From: Acidobacteriota bacterium
GTDB taxonomy: Bacteria > Acidobacteriota > UBA6911 > RPQK01 > JAJDTT01
Length of the DNA stretch: 64,000 nt
Reading direction: 5' to 3'
Assembly (NCBI GenBank): GCA_965209055.1
Contig: OZ242374.1
Location: forward strand, 5,824,001 to 5,888,000
Part shown: one piece after another, positions 29,065 through 40,298 of the stretch
Numbering within the stretch: position 1 is the stretch's first letter
How the letters are laid out: every line of letters begins with the position of its first letter
Notes under the pieces: model-generated
Database searches by the model: none
Seen by the model: only the letters and a program-made list of their open reading frames with translations
What the model was told of the DNA's origin: nothing
Translations under genes and position numbers: made by a program

Positions 29065-30973
29065 ACTCCTCCGGGTTCCGGGTCAACCCCGGAAAAGTGG
29101 CCACCACCTCGTTTTCCGGCGACAGCACCACGTAGAACGGAAGCGCGATGGTCCCGAAGCGCTCCTGCTCGAGACGCATGTTCTCGGCATGCTCCGGACC
29201 CGTGCCGTCGGTGTACAAACGGACCAGAAGATACTGGCGAAACCTCTCTTGAACCTGGGGCAGGGTAAAGACGTTCGCCTCCATCCAGCGGCAATTGGTG
29301 CAGGTGTAGCCGGTAAAATCGATGAAGACCGGCTTGCCCGACTCCCGCGCCCCGGCCAGACCGGACTCATAGTCGTCGATCCAATCCAGTTCTTCGCCGG
29401 CGCCTTGCCCAAGGGAACCCACGACGGACGCCGGATTCCCGTAGTCGCGAGGAGGCAGGAACGCGTCCAACTCTCCCAACGGGAACCCGATGAGTCCCCG
29501 GATCAGATGAATCGATATGGCGGCGAAGAAGACCGCGAAGAAAGCCCGCGAAACTCCGATGGATTCGGTCGCCTGTTCGTGGGGAAAGCGAAACCAGCCC
29601 AGGAGATAGAAAAGGATCATCACCGAAATGGCCAGCCAGATGGCGATGAGGCCCGGCCGGGTCAGGAGTTCCCACTGGTAGACCAGATCCACGTTGCTGA
29701 GGAACTTGAAGGCGAAGGCGACCTCCAGGAAACCCATGGTGATCTTGACCGAGTTCAGCCAGTTTCCGCTTCGGGGCAGCGATTTGAGCCAGGACGGGAA
29801 CAACGCCAACAGGAAGAAAGGCGAGGAGAAGACCACCGCAAAGGCAGTCACGCCCAATATCGACCAGAGCCAGTCCCCCTGAATGGCGGCGACCATCAGC
29901 GTTCCCACGAAGGGGACGGTGCAGGTGAAGGAGACCAGCGAAAACGTCAGAGCCATGAGCAGGATCCCGGCGATCCCCCCCGTGGCCGATGCCTTCCGGT
30001 CCAACGCGGTGGTCCAACTGGCGGGGAGACGAAGCTCCAGCACTTCGAACAGGCTCAGGGCGAAGGCGATGAAGATCGCGGCGATCAGGAGATTGATGCC
30101 CGGATTCGCCGCCAGGCGGTTGATGCCGCCCGATCCGAAGAGGAAAGTGAGGCCGAAGCCCAGCAGCGTAAAGGTCAGGATGATCCCCAGGGAATAGAGG
30201 GAGGCGTCGCGGAGAGCCTGGCCGCGGGTCACGGCCTGGCGCTTGGTGAAGTAGGAGACGGTGATGGGGATCATGGGGAAAACGCACGGCGTCAGGAGCG
30301 CCAGCGCTCCCATGCCCATGGCGAAGGCGATGTAGCCCAGCGTCTCCACCGGAATACCGCCCGAGTCTCCGGCGGGTGCCGGGGCACCCGAAGCGGCGCC
30401 GGGAGGCTCTTCCTGGACGGCCGGGGACGGAGCGGGCTCCGCTTCCTGGGTATCAGCCGGCGGACTCCCGGCGGGGGCCCGAGCCTCCGAAACCCGCACG
30501 GCGGCTTCGAAACCCTTGGTCTGGGGCGGCAGGCAGAGGGTATCGCTGCAGACCATGAAGCGAACCTTGACTCCGAGCGTCTCTGCACCCGGCCCGGTCG
30601 AGGAACGCACTCGGACCGGTACGCCAAAGTCCACCTGTTCCTCGAAGTACTCGGTATCGATATCGAAACTGGGATCGTAGGCGACGATGGGGGTCGGCTG
30701 GGTCACGGGACCGGCGGCCTCGAATCCCGACTCCTTCACGACGGTCACTGTGGTCTTGACCGGTGGAGGAGGCTGGTTGAGCGAGTAGATATGCCACCCC
30801 GGCGCCAACTCGGCGCGCAGCTTTGCCTCGAAGACCTCCCCGGCGGGAACCTCAGCCGAATCCACCAGCAGTTCGAACCGAACCTGGTCTTGAGCTTGTG
30901 CCGGCAGAATCAGGAGCATCCAGATCCAGCCGGCCCCACACACCCTCACAATCCGTCGAATCGCAATTTTCAC
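29009..30973 (-). CDS. dsbD: DsbD-like thiol:disulfide interchange protein
   Basis: GWHIYS / C..LC.PP N-domain, LTPCVFPMIP, FTCTVPF, thioredoxin domain DFTGYTCTNC; GTG start overlaps the pyrC stop. Confidence 0.9.
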   Translation of the reverse strand: MKIAIRRIVRVCGAGWIWMLLILPAQAQDQVRFELLVDSAEVPAGEVFEAKLRAELAPGWHIYSLNQPPPPVKTTVTVVKESGFEAAGPVTQPTPIVAYDPSFDIDTEYFEEQVDFGVPVRVRSSTGPGAETLGVKVRFMVCSDTLCLPPQTKGFEAAVRVSEARAPAGSPPADTQEAEPAPSPAVQEEPPGAASGAPAPAGDSGGIPVETLGYIAFAMGMGALALLTPCVFPMIPITVSYFTKRQAVTRGQALRDASLYSLGIILTFTLLGFGLTFLFGSGGINRLAANPGINLLIAAIFIAFALSLFEVLELRLPASWTTALDRKASATGGIAGILLMALTFSLVSFTCTVPFVGTLMVAAIQGDWLWSILGVTAFAVVFSSPFFLLALFPSWLKSLPRSGNWLNSVKITMGFLEVAFAFKFLSNVDLVYQWELLTRPGLIAIWLAISVMILFYLLGWFRFPHEQATESIGVSRAFFAVFFAAISIHLIRGLIGFPLGELDAFLPPRDYGNPASVVGSLGQGAGEELDWIDDYESGLAGARESGKPVFIDFTGYTCTNCRWMEANVFTLPQVQERFRQYLLVRLYTDGTGPEHAENMRLEQERFGTIALPFYVVLSPENEVVATFPGLTRNPEEFIDFLDRGLEANRSGRAG

Positions 30974-32253
30974 GCTGACTCCTGCCGGTGGACGACCCGG
31001 CCGCCCACCACGGTGAGCACCGGCGCCCCGCGAAGCTCCCAGCCTCGGAACGGACAATTGCGTCCCTTGGACTTGAAGCGCGACGGATCCACCACCTGCC
31101 GGCGTTCCGGATCGATGACCGTCACGTCGGCGTCCGCACCCTCCGCCAAGGTCCCCTTCCCCAGTTTGAGGATCCGGCTGGGATTGAGACTGAAGAGCTC
31201 TACCAGCCTGGGGACCGGGACCACGCCGGCACAGACCAGATGCTCCCAGCAGAGCGGGATGGCCGTCTCCATGCCGATGACGCCGCTGGCCGCCGCCTCG
31301 AACGGCTCCTCCTTGTCCAACCGGGTGTGAGGCGCATGGTCGGTGGCCAGACAGTCGATGCTCCCGTCCGCCAGACCCTCCAACATGGCCTCGACATCGG
31401 CTCTTTCCCGCAGCGGAGGCATCATCTTGAAATCGGTGTCGAAGTCCTGGATGTCGTCGTCGGTCAGGGTGAAGTGATGGGGCAACACCTCGCAGGTGAC
31501 CCGGATTCCCTGCGCTTTGGCGGCCCTCACCTGGTCCAGGGACTCCCGCGTGGAAATGTGGAGAATGTGGACCCGAGCGGCCGTGATCCGGCTCAGGATG
31601 ATGTCGCGGACCACATGGAGCTCCTCGGCGGCGCGGCTCATCCCCCGCAGCCCCAGCCGGGTCGACGACTTCCCCTCGTTCATGCATCCGCCGGCGGCCA
31701 GGAACAGGTCCTCGCAGTGGTCCATCACCGGGATGTCGAAGATCCTGGCGTATTCCAGCGCCCGGCGCATCACCTGGCTGTTCTGCACCGGGCGTCCGTC
31801 GTCGGTGATGGCGACGATCCCCGCCGAGTGCATCTCCCCGATCTCCGCCAGTTGTTCGCCCCGGGAACCCAGGGTGATGGCGCCGGTGGGATAGACGTTC
31901 ACCAGGCCCGCTTCGGCGGCCCGCTCCAGGATGAACCGGGTGATGGCGGCGTTGTCGTTGACGGGAGTCGTATTGGGCATGCAGACGATGCTGGTGAAGC
32001 CTCCCGCCGCCGCCGCCCGGGACCCGGTGAGAATGGTCTCCTTGTCCTCCCGGCCCGGTTCCCGCAGGTGGACGTGCATGTCGACGAAACCGGGGGTGAC
32101 CACACAGCCGTCGACGTCGATGGTCTCGCCGCTCTTGCGAGTGGCCAGGTTCCCCACGCCCGCCACTTTCCCATCCTCGACGAGAATGTCCGTCCGCCGA
32201 TCCAGATCCTGGGACGGGTCCACGACCCGGCCTCCGCGCAACAACAGGCTCAC
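30970..32253 (-). CDS. pyrC: Dihydroorotase
   Basis: [20 protein letters not shown]. Confidence 0.96.
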   Translation of the reverse strand: MSLLLRGGRVVDPSQDLDRRTDILVEDGKVAGVGNLATRKSGETIDVDGCVVTPGFVDMHVHLREPGREDKETILTGSRAAAAGGFTSIVCMPNTTPVNDNAAITRFILERAAEAGLVNVYPTGAITLGSRGEQLAEIGEMHSAGIVAITDDGRPVQNSQVMRRALEYARIFDIPVMDHCEDLFLAAGGCMNEGKSSTRLGLRGMSRAAEELHVVRDIILSRITAARVHILHISTRESLDQVRAAKAQGIRVTCEVLPHHFTLTDDDIQDFDTDFKMMPPLRERADVEAMLEGLADGSIDCLATDHAPHTRLDKEEPFEAAASGVIGMETAIPLCWEHLVCAGVVPVPRLVELFSLNPSRILKLGKGTLAEGADADVTVIDPERRQVVDPSRFKSKGRNCPFRGWELRGAPVLTVVGGRVVHRQESA

Positions 32254-33185
32254 GACTCCTCCTCGCCGGCTCCCAAAAGGAGATACAGGACCGCCATTCG
32301 CACCGCCAGTCCGTTGGTCACCTGATTCAGTATGACCGAATGGTCGCCGTCGGCGACATCCGGATCGATCTCGACGCCGCGATTGATGGGTCCCGGATGC
32401 ATGATGATGGCGTCCTTGCGGGCGGACCGCATCCTCTCCCGGCTCAGTCCGAAGAGACGGAAATATTCCCGGACCGAAGGAAAGAAGACTTCATGCTGCC
32501 TCTCCCTCTGGGTCCTGAGCATCATCACCACGTCCGCGTCCGCCAGGGCCTCCTCCAGATGGAAGGTGACGGTGGCTCCCAACTGTCCGAACTCCAGCGG
32601 TATCAGTGTCGGAGGGCCGCAAATCGAGACCCGGGCCCCCATCTTGTTCAACAGGTAGGTGTTGGACCGGGCGACCCGGCTGTGAGAGATGTCCCCGACA
32701 ATGGCGACCTTCAGGTCCCGGATGGAACCCTTGCGCTCCAGGATGGTGTAGGCGTCCAGCAGCGCCTGGGTCGGATGTTCGTGCATTCCGTCCCCGGCAT
32801 TGACGATGGAGCACTCCCGGCAGGCCTCGGCCAGCAACCAGGGCGCTCCGGCCGCATGATGCCGCAGGACGATGATCTCGGGACTCATGGATTCCAGGTT
32901 GCGGGCCGTGTCGACGAGGGTCTCCCCCTTTCCCACGCTGCTGGTGGAAACGCTGAAGTTCAGGATGTCGGCGCTCAGGCGCTTGGCCGCGATCTCGAAC
33001 GACGAGCGGGTGCGGGTCGACGCCTCGTAGAAGAGGTTGATGATGGATCTGCCTCGAAGCGTCGGCACCTTCTTGATTGGACGGGTGGCGATCTCACCGA
33101 AGCCCCGCGCCGTGTTCAGGATCAGCTCGATGTCGCCGACCGGCATCCCTTCGATTCCCAGAAGATGCCTGCTGCTGAGCGGCAT
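32250..33185 (-). CDS. pyrB: Aspartate carbamoyltransferase catalytic subunit
   Basis: [28 protein letters not shown]. Confidence 0.97.
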   Translation of the reverse strand: MPLSSRHLLGIEGMPVGDIELILNTARGFGEIATRPIKKVPTLRGRSIINLFYEASTRTRSSFEIAAKRLSADILNFSVSTSSVGKGETLVDTARNLESMSPEIIVLRHHAAGAPWLLAEACRECSIVNAGDGMHEHPTQALLDAYTILERKGSIRDLKVAIVGDISHSRVARSNTYLLNKMGARVSICGPPTLIPLEFGQLGATVTFHLEEALADADVVMMLRTQRERQHEVFFPSVREYFRLFGLSRERMRSARKDAIIMHPGPINRGVEIDPDVADGDHSVILNQVTNGLAVRMAVLYLLLGAGEEES

Positions 33186-33188
33186 GGG

Positions 33189-33722
33189 TTAAGCGCCCTT
33201 CCGGGTGAGAAACACCCCCTCGTCCCGGTCCACAGGGGCGATGTGCACGTCGACCGTCTGGTCTTCACGGGTCGCAACCCGGCGGCCCGTGAAGTCCGCC
33301 TGGATGGGAAGCTCGCGGTGTCCCCGGTCGATGAGCACCACCAACTCCACCCGTTCGGGCCGGCCGTAGTCCAGAAGACTCTCCAGGGCCGCCCGCACGG
33401 TACGGCCAGTGTAGAGCACGTCGTCCACCAGCAGCAGGGTCCGGCCGGTGACGGAAAAATCCAACTGGGACGCTCCGACGATGGGCTGCGGCCCGACCAG
33501 TGACAAGTCGTCCCGATAGAAGTTGATGTCCAGGATCCCCAGCGGCAGGCGGTGCCCCGTCAGATCTTCGATATTCTGCTTCAGACGCCGTGCCAGGGGA
33601 ACTCCGCGGCGGCGGATCCCCACCAGAGCCGCCTCCTGGATATCCGGATGGGATTCGACCAGGTCCCTGGAGATCTTCAGGAGCGTGCGCTCCATCTCAC
33701 GATTCGTCATCAACAGTTGCAA
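33189..33722 (-). CDS. pyrR: PyrR regulator / uracil phosphoribosyltransferase
   Basis: LDINFYRDD, LVDDVLYTGRT, DRGHRELPI. Confidence 0.95.
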   Translation of the reverse strand: MQLLMTNREMERTLLKISRDLVESHPDIQEAALVGIRRRGVPLARRLKQNIEDLTGHRLPLGILDINFYRDDLSLVGPQPIVGASQLDFSVTGRTLLLVDDVLYTGRTVRAALESLLDYGRPERVELVVLIDRGHRELPIQADFTGRRVATREDQTVDVHIAPVDRDEGVFLTRKGA

Positions 33723-33908
33723 CGGACTCCTCCGGCACTAACTGAGGGCGGCCTGAGATTTTGAGGTTAGCACAGGGATGGCCCGGCGAGAATGAGTTCC
33801 GGCGAATTCGAAAGAGAGAAGGCCGGCGGGCGAACCCGGTGCTCAGCCGGAGACCTCCCCTTCCCCCACTCCTCTCACACTTTCACTGCCCTGTGCTATC
33901 GTGAAGTG

Positions 33909-34736
33909 GTGATTCACGTGGTCCAGGCGCCGGTCGTCGGGAGCGTCGGCTATCCCGGTTTCAACCACCTCTTGGCGCTTCGTTCCCGTGAGATTGCCGA
34001 CAGCGCCAAACCCGGCCAGTTCGTCATGGCCGGTCTGGCGGACTGCTCTTCCGACCCCCTTCTCAAGCGCGCCCTGGCCGTCTACTCGATCCCTCGCATG
34101 TCCGGCGACGGCGATCTCCTCACGCTGCTGATCAAGGTGGTGGGACCGGGGACCCGCCGGTTGGCGGCGCTCCGGAAAGACGACCGGGTCAGCCTGATCG
34201 GCCCGCTGGGAAACGGATTTGACACCTCCCGGGCCAAGGGCCGGGTCAGCGTTCTGGTCGCGGGGGGAGTGGGCATCGCCTCCGTCTTCCTGTTGGCCAA
34301 GGAACTCAGCGAGGCCGGGGAGGAAGTCCATCTTCTGTACGGCGCCCGCAGGGCCCGGGACCTGGTGGGACTCGAGGACTTTCAGGACCTGGGGATCCAG
34401 GTCCAGGTCGCGACGGAAGACGGCAGCCGAGGTTTCCGGGGACGGGTCACCCAGATTCTGGAGCCTTACTTCCGCTCCTATCCGGCTCGGAGACTGGCCG
34501 TTTACACCTGCGGACCCAATCCCATGATGCAGGCCGTCTCCAGGCTGGCCTCCGCTCACGGAGCCGGTTGCCAGGTATCGGTGGAGACCCCCATGGCCTG
34601 CGGTTTCGGCGTCTGCCTGGGGTGCAGCGTAAGAACCGTCCGCTCCTATCGCCTGGCCTGCACCCACGGCCCCGTGTTCGATGCCCGGGAGGTGGTCTGG
34701 GACACGGCAACGGAAGGGGAAGGGGTCCATGCCTGA
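33909..34736 (+). CDS. pyrK: Dihydroorotate dehydrogenase electron-transfer subunit
   Basis: PGQFV, GPLGNGF, AGGVG, MACGFGVCLGC...C..GPVF ([2Fe-2S]); start inferred. Confidence 0.92.
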   Translation: MIHVVQAPVVGSVGYPGFNHLLALRSREIADSAKPGQFVMAGLADCSSDPLLKRALAVYSIPRMSGDGDLLTLLIKVVGPGTRRLAALRKDDRVSLIGPLGNGFDTSRAKGRVSVLVAGGVGIASVFLLAKELSEAGEEVHLLYGARRARDLVGLEDFQDLGIQVQVATEDGSRGFRGRVTQILEPYFRSYPARRLAVYTCGPNPMMQAVSRLASAHGAGCQVSVETPMACGFGVCLGCSVRTVRSYRLACTHGPVFDAREVVWDTATEGEGVHA

Positions 34737-35691
34737 GCCGGTCAACCTTGCCGTCGAGATCTCCGGCATCCGTTTCAAGAACCCGGTGCTGACGGCCTCA
34801 GGCACCTTCGGCTACGGACTGGAGTTCACCCGCTTCTTCGACATCTCCCGGCTGGGCGGCTTCTGCACCAAGGGACTCTCCCTCCTTCCCCGACCGGGTA
34901 ACGCGCCCGGCCGGATCTTCGAGACTCCGTCGGGGATGCTCAATGCCATCGGATTGGAAAACGTCGGTGTGGAGGCATTCGTCCAGGACAAGCTTCCACG
35001 GCTGGAACCCTACGAGACCCACGTCATCGCCAACATCTTCGGCAAGAGCATCGGCGAATTCACCGCCCTCACCGACCGGCTCAACCCCTGTCCCAAGGTG
35101 AGCGCCCTGGAGTTGAACATCTCCTGTCCCAACATCTCCGAGGGAGGAATCGAATTCGGACACGATCCGGACCTGACCTTCCAAGTGGTCCAGGCCGTGA
35201 CCCGGGTGTCGGCCAAACCGGTCTGGGTGAAGCTGTCGCCCAATGTCACCGACATCGGCATCTTTGCCCGAGCCTGCCAGGAGGCGGGCGCCGACGCCGT
35301 CACTCTGGTCAACACCTTCGTGGGTATGAGCGTGGACGTTCACCGGCGCCGCCCCATGATCTCCAATGTGACCGCCGGCCTCTCGGGGCCTGCCATCCGG
35401 CCCTTGGCCGTTCGGCTGGTCCATCAGGTCGCCGAGAGCGTGGAGATTCCCGTCATCGGCATCGGCGGCATCGCCACCACCCGGGACGCCCTGGAGTTTC
35501 TCATTGCCGGAGCCCGGGCGGTCCAACTCGGGACCGCCAACTTCTCGGATCCGTTGGCTGCCCCGAAGGTGATCCAGGGCCTGGAGGACTATTGCCGGAG
35601 TCACGGAATTCGGGACATCAACCAGATCTCCGGCTCGTTGCGAACCCGGGAGCGGCCGATCCCATCCGGTGCGGCCGGCGGAGGCGCGTAA
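34729..35691 (+). CDS. pyrD: Dihydroorotate dehydrogenase (family 1B)
   Basis: ASGTFGYG, MLNAIGLEN, ELNISCPN, KLSPN, GLSG. Confidence 0.96.
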   Translation: MPEPVNLAVEISGIRFKNPVLTASGTFGYGLEFTRFFDISRLGGFCTKGLSLLPRPGNAPGRIFETPSGMLNAIGLENVGVEAFVQDKLPRLEPYETHVIANIFGKSIGEFTALTDRLNPCPKVSALELNISCPNISEGGIEFGHDPDLTFQVVQAVTRVSAKPVWVKLSPNVTDIGIFARACQEAGADAVTLVNTFVGMSVDVHRRRPMISNVTAGLSGPAIRPLAVRLVHQVAESVEIPVIGIGGIATTRDALEFLIAGARAVQLGTANFSDPLAAPKVIQGLEDYCRSHGIRDINQISGSLRTRERPIPSGAAGGGA

Positions 35692-35694
35692 GAC

Positions 35695-36312
35695 ATGGGA
35701 GTCCACCAGCGCGGACTGAGGCATGGTTTGAGCGTGCTCCTGGCCGGCCTCCACCTGGCCCTGGCGGCTCCGGCGGCCGCCGGACAGTTGTCGCCGACGG
35801 ATACGGCCGAACCGGCGGAGGCCTCGGCCTGCCATGCCTTCGTCGACTACGAGAACATCTGGACCATCGAGCTGATCCGATCGCAAGACGAGAACATCAC
35901 TCCCATCCTGAACATCGTCACGTTCACCAAGGGAGAGTGGGACCTGAGACCCGATCAGATCCACATTTTCAACCGCAAGGGAAAGGAAGCGCGAATCAAA
36001 CGCTTCGCCATGGATACGGGCGTTCCCGGCGACGCCTACAAGAGCAACTACCTGAAGGTCCTGGGAAACAGCTTCGTCGGAGTCGACCTGGAGGGCAAGC
36101 TCAAGGACTTCCCGACTTCACCCCGCGTCACCATCGACCTGGCCCATTATCGCTTCGAGCTCCAGCCTCTGGACTGCCAAGCCTTCGACAACCTGGCCCA
36201 CCGGATCAACAAGATCAATTTCAACAGCCCCGACATCCGGGAAGACTTCGACCTGATCAAGATCCCCCACATGGGACGCAGGCTGCCCCGGCCCAAGCCT
36301 CACGAATGGTAA
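35695..36312 (+). CDS. Hypothetical secreted protein
   Basis: Signal peptide, coding-type codon bias, starts 3 bp after pyrD. Confidence 0.7.
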   Translation: MGVHQRGLRHGLSVLLAGLHLALAAPAAAGQLSPTDTAEPAEASACHAFVDYENIWTIELIRSQDENITPILNIVTFTKGEWDLRPDQIHIFNRKGKEARIKRFAMDTGVPGDAYKSNYLKVLGNSFVGVDLEGKLKDFPTSPRVTIDLAHYRFELQPLDCQAFDNLAHRINKINFNSPDIREDFDLIKIPHMGRRLPRPKPHEW

Positions 36313-36314
36313 AA

Positions 36315-36390
36315 GGAGGCAATTTCCAATCGCCCGTGCGCCGGGTTCCCTGACGTTCCAAGAATCGGCGGTTGGGAAACCGCCGCTCCG
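36315..36390. repeat. Family-A double-hairpin element
   Basis: ggaggcaatttccaatcgccc...gaatcggcggttgggaaaccgccgctcc, between convergent genes. Confidence 0.8.
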
Positions 36391-36449
36391 CTCCCGCTCC
36401 GTTTGGCCGGGCATGGCCCGACGGGGGAGCCTTCCTCTTTCCCGGCGTT

Positions 36450-38093
36450 TTACCTCCTTCCGAGCCGGTCCAGCACCTCACGCGGCGGCGTCCAGCCGTA
36501 GCTTCGGGTTACGTCGGGCCGGTAGGCGACGGTCAGGACGAAGATGCGAAGGTCCCGCGCTTTCTCGGGTGGAACGTTGACCTGAACCTGGGTGAAACCG
36601 TTTCCGAACCAGCTCTGGTAGCCGTCGTCCGGACTCTCGGTGAGAGCGTGTCCGTTCAGACGGACGTCCACCAGTTGAGGCCGGCGGTACGGGATCCGGA
36701 ACCGGAAGCCGATTCCATGCAGGATCCGGGAGGAACCGGGCGCGTCGGACTGGTTTCCCCTGTCCAGCACGACCAGGACTTCGGGGCCCGCCCGGACGAA
36801 GGTCTCCACGGACTGGGCATCGATTCCCGGCCGACCCCGGAGGTTGGATAGGAAGACCTCCGGATCCGAGTCCAGAACCCGGGACGCGTCCCTGTCCACT
36901 GCGACCAAGTAGCTGTCGCGGCCCGCGGTCTGGGGATAGAGGATGCCCTGAAGGAATCGCTCCTGCTTCTCCCAGAGCTCGACGCGGCTTCTGCGGCGCT
37001 CGGCGGCGGTCCGGCCCCAGGCCGTGACGTAGTGCCCGGTGAACGACTTCACCCGGTTTACGGGGTAGCCGGAGATGGGCTGGTCCTGCCAGAATCCGTT
37101 TCCGATCAGCAGAAGCCCCTTCAGCCGGGCGACCCCGGCTTCCTCCCAGCCCACCTCCAGGACGGTCTGAAGGGTATGGTAGCGGGCGTATCCAATTTGG
37201 GCCGTGTAGAAGCGGGTCCGGCCCCGCCACAAGCGGCCGGACAACGCGTCCAGGGCCGGAGCCCAGAACCCCCGCTGGGCATCGGCCTCGGCCCGGTCCG
37301 ATCCATACCCCGCTTCGACCCCCGCCTGAATCATGGCGTCGGTGATCCGCGGATCCCAGGGACGCAGCAGGAAGTTGGAATATGCGGATCCGGTGGACTC
37401 GAACATGGTCTGTCCGCGATAGGACCGCCGGTCCCCCAGCTTGTCCACCGGATACTCCTGAAGTCCGGTGCCATGGATGTCGGCGTGGACCTCCGGACGG
37501 TAACGGTCCATCACGGAAAGGACCGCCCGGATCTCCGGGACCTTGTCCGGTTGCTTGAAGGAGAGGTTCTCCAGATCCCAATTTTCGTCGCCCCCTCCGT
37601 AGGGATTCATGCCTTGAGACGTGCCGAAGCGATCGGTCACGAAGAAGGCGTATGGATTCACGATGGGCATCAGAAGCAGGACCTGCTTGCGCCGGGTCTC
37701 GGCGGCCTCGTCACTGCCGCCCAGGAGCCATTCGGCCAAATGCAAAATGGTGGTGGTGCCGGAACGCTCGGGACCGCCGTGCAGCGCGGTGACGAGGCAG
37801 ACCTGCTTGTCTTCGTCCGGTACGGTCGAATCGGTGATCTTGAGAAGAAAGATGGGCATCTTCTCCGCCGACTCGGCCACACGTTCGACCTGGAGGATCT
37901 TCCCGTGCCGCTCGGACCAGTATTCCAACGTCGCTTCGTACTCCTGGAGCGTGATGCGATGCATCTTCTGCTTCCAGGGTTGGGGCAGTCCGGCCAGCAA
38001 CCGGTCGAGATTCGTGCCGGGTTCCTGGCTCGCGGACAGCCCGCCGGCGAACAATGGAAGTGACGTCAACAGGATCAAAGAAATCTTCTTCAT
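36450..38093 (-). CDS. Secreted M14-family zinc carboxypeptidase-like protein
   Basis: True start MKKISLILL at 38093; HGGPE (variant zinc motif), PIVNP, DIHG. Confidence 0.75.
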   Translation of the reverse strand: MKKISLILLTSLPLFAGGLSASQEPGTNLDRLLAGLPQPWKQKMHRITLQEYEATLEYWSERHGKILQVERVAESAEKMPIFLLKITDSTVPDEDKQVCLVTALHGGPERSGTTTILHLAEWLLGGSDEAAETRRKQVLLLMPIVNPYAFFVTDRFGTSQGMNPYGGGDENWDLENLSFKQPDKVPEIRAVLSVMDRYRPEVHADIHGTGLQEYPVDKLGDRRSYRGQTMFESTGSAYSNFLLRPWDPRITDAMIQAGVEAGYGSDRAEADAQRGFWAPALDALSGRLWRGRTRFYTAQIGYARYHTLQTVLEVGWEEAGVARLKGLLLIGNGFWQDQPISGYPVNRVKSFTGHYVTAWGRTAAERRRSRVELWEKQERFLQGILYPQTAGRDSYLVAVDRDASRVLDSDPEVFLSNLRGRPGIDAQSVETFVRAGPEVLVVLDRGNQSDAPGSSRILHGIGFRFRIPYRRPQLVDVRLNGHALTESPDDGYQSWFGNGFTQVQVNVPPEKARDLRIFVLTVAYRPDVTRSYGWTPPREVLDRLGRR

Positions 38094-38174
38094 ACCGATC
38101 CACCTCCTGACACGGCACCGGACTGGCCGCGCGTCCCCGCTTCCCAATAAACTGGCGCGCACGACTGGGAGAAT

Positions 38175-40298
38175 ATGAAGCCCTTGCCCAAATTTCTCAT
38201 ATCGATCTGGATACCGGTTATGTGCTCGTCCATTCCGTCCGAGGCCTCCCAAACTTTGAGGGTTCTCCCCGAAAGGATCAACCGGGTAGAAACCAGGAAG
38301 ATGGTACGCCAGTATCTCCTGGACCAGGCCGAGAAGGCGTTCCTGCGCCGCGAGGCGGCGTTCGAGGAACTCAAGACTCCCGCGGAAATGCGGGAGCACC
38401 AGCGCCGGATGCGGGAATTCCTGCGGGCCCAACTCGGGGGCTTTCCCGAAAGGACGCCGCTTCAGGCTCGCGTCGTGGGCCGCCACCGGCGCGACGGCTA
38501 CAGCGTGGAGCGCGTCCTGTACCAGAGCCGTCCCGGGCATTACGTCACGGCGCTCCTCTACCTCCCCGACGGTCCGCCCCCCTATCCCGGGGTCCTGATC
38601 GCCTGCGGGCACGCGCCCAGCGCCAAATCGTCGGAAATGTACCAGCGGGCGGCTGTCCTTCTGGCCAAAGGGGGAATGGCCGCGTTGTGCTACGACCCCA
38701 TCGGGCAAGGGGAGCGCCACCAGATTCTCCATCCCGACGGAAGGCCCCGCTTCGAGAACGGAATCGAGCACATGCTGGTGGCGGTGAGTTCCATTCCCCT
38801 GGGCCTCAGCGCCGCCACCTACCGGATCTGGGACGGGATCAGGAGTATCGACTACCTGACGAGCCGCGAGGAGATCGATCCGGACCGGATCGGCCTCACG
38901 GGCAACTCGGGGGGCGGATTGGTGACCACCCTTCTCATGGCGCTGGACGAGCGCATTGCCTGCGCTGCTCCCTCCTGCTACATCACTCACGTGAAGGAGC
39001 TGCTGCACACGCAGGGGCCGGGAGACTCGGAGCAACAGGTCTACGGCGAAATCGCCCAGGGTCTCGGGCATGCCGACTACCTCATGATCCGGGCGCCGAA
39101 ACCGACTCTCATCTGCGCCGCCACCCGCGACGACATGTTCGACATCTCCGGATCTTGGCGGTCCCTGCGGGAGGCCAAACGTTTCTACGGACGCCTGGGA
39201 TACCCGGAAAGAGTCGACCTGGTGGAAGCCGACGTGGTCCACGGTTTTTTTCGACCCCTGCGGGAGGGCATGGCCCGCTGGATGCGCCGCTGGCTCCTGG
39301 GAATCGACGACGCCCTCCGCGAGGACGACTCCCGTCTCCTGAGTGAGGAAGAAGGGTCCATGCAGGAGTTCATCACGGCCTCGGGGCCGGACTACAGCGA
39401 GTTCCGCCCGGTTCGGCTTCCGGTGGTCCGTTCCAGTCCCGAAGGCCAGGTGCAGCTCATCCCCGGCGCCCGAACCGTCTTCCAATTCAATCGGGAGCGG
39501 GAAAAGGAGCTCGCCGCTGTGAGGCGCGCCTTTTGGCGGCGGACTCCCAGAGACGAGGCGCTGAAGGAGGTGCGGCGCCTGGCGGGAATCCGCCGTCTGG
39601 ACGAACTGCCCCTCTTGACGGTGGAAGATTCGGGAACCCTGCCCCGGCCCGGGTATGCGATTCACAAGCAGGTCCTTCACCCGGAGCCGGGCATCCGGCT
39701 CCCCGCCCTGCGCTTCGTGCCCGACGCCGGCGGCCGGGACGTGGTCCTGTACCTTCATGGCGAAGGCAAGCAGGTGGATGCCGAACCCGAGGGCCCCATC
39801 GAGAAGCTGGTGCTGGACGGGCGCGAAGTCCTGGCCGTCGATCTGCGAGGCGTGGGCGAGACTCAGCCGGCCAAGGGGAAGTGGGGCTACGGTCCGTTGT
39901 TCGGAGCGGACTGGGAAGAATTCTACATGGCCTACATGCTGGGCCGATCGTACCTGGGGATGCGGGCCGAGGAGATTCTCGTCATCGCCCGCCATCTGGC
40001 CGAGAGCACGGGGTCCGATGCCGCAAGCAGGGTTCACCTGGTGGGGATCGGCGAGGCCGGACCCGCCGCCCTCCATGCCGCGGCCCTGGAGCCGGCGCTG
40101 TTCGCTTCACTGGAACTGCGCCGGTCGCTGGTCTCCTGGACCAACGTGATTCAGTCCGAGGTGCCCGTCAACCAGTTGGTGAACACGGTCCACGGGTCGT
40201 TGCGGAAGTACGATCTCCCGGACCTCCTGATGAGCCTCTCTGCAATGAAGGTCAGAGTCATCGACCCGGCCGACGCCACCGGTCAGAGGCTGCCGTAG
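38175..40298 (+). CDS. Secreted alpha/beta hydrolase (acetylxylan esterase-like, tandem domains)
   Basis: CGH, YDPIGQGER, DGIRSIDYL, GNSGGG nucleophile elbow; second domain has DLRGVGET. Confidence 0.8.
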   Translation: MKPLPKFLISIWIPVMCSSIPSEASQTLRVLPERINRVETRKMVRQYLLDQAEKAFLRREAAFEELKTPAEMREHQRRMREFLRAQLGGFPERTPLQARVVGRHRRDGYSVERVLYQSRPGHYVTALLYLPDGPPPYPGVLIACGHAPSAKSSEMYQRAAVLLAKGGMAALCYDPIGQGERHQILHPDGRPRFENGIEHMLVAVSSIPLGLSAATYRIWDGIRSIDYLTSREEIDPDRIGLTGNSGGGLVTTLLMALDERIACAAPSCYITHVKELLHTQGPGDSEQQVYGEIAQGLGHADYLMIRAPKPTLICAATRDDMFDISGSWRSLREAKRFYGRLGYPERVDLVEADVVHGFFRPLREGMARWMRRWLLGIDDALREDDSRLLSEEEGSMQEFITASGPDYSEFRPVRLPVVRSSPEGQVQLIPGARTVFQFNREREKELAAVRRAFWRRTPRDEALKEVRRLAGIRRLDELPLLTVEDSGTLPRPGYAIHKQVLHPEPGIRLPALRFVPDAGGRDVVLYLHGEGKQVDAEPEGPIEKLVLDGREVLAVDLRGVGETQPAKGKWGYGPLFGADWEEFYMAYMLGRSYLGMRAEEILVIARHLAESTGSDAASRVHLVGIGEAGPAALHAAALEPALFASLELRRSLVSWTNVIQSEVPVNQLVNTVHGSLRKYDLPDLLMSLSAMKVRVIDPADATGQRLP

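Noticed and set aside
33723-33900. PyrR-binding attenuator in the pyrR/pyrK intergenic region
   Set aside because: No recognisable PyrR binding-loop consensus or terminator/antiterminator by eye; an Rfam scan would be needed.
36450-40076. 1208-aa minus-strand ORF
   Set aside because: The N-terminal ~660 aa are the antisense shadow of the esterase gene; the real gene starts at 38093. The extended ORFs 21056-23908, 29009-31687 and 53425-54954 likewise carry spurious N-terminal extensions overlapping neighbouring genes.
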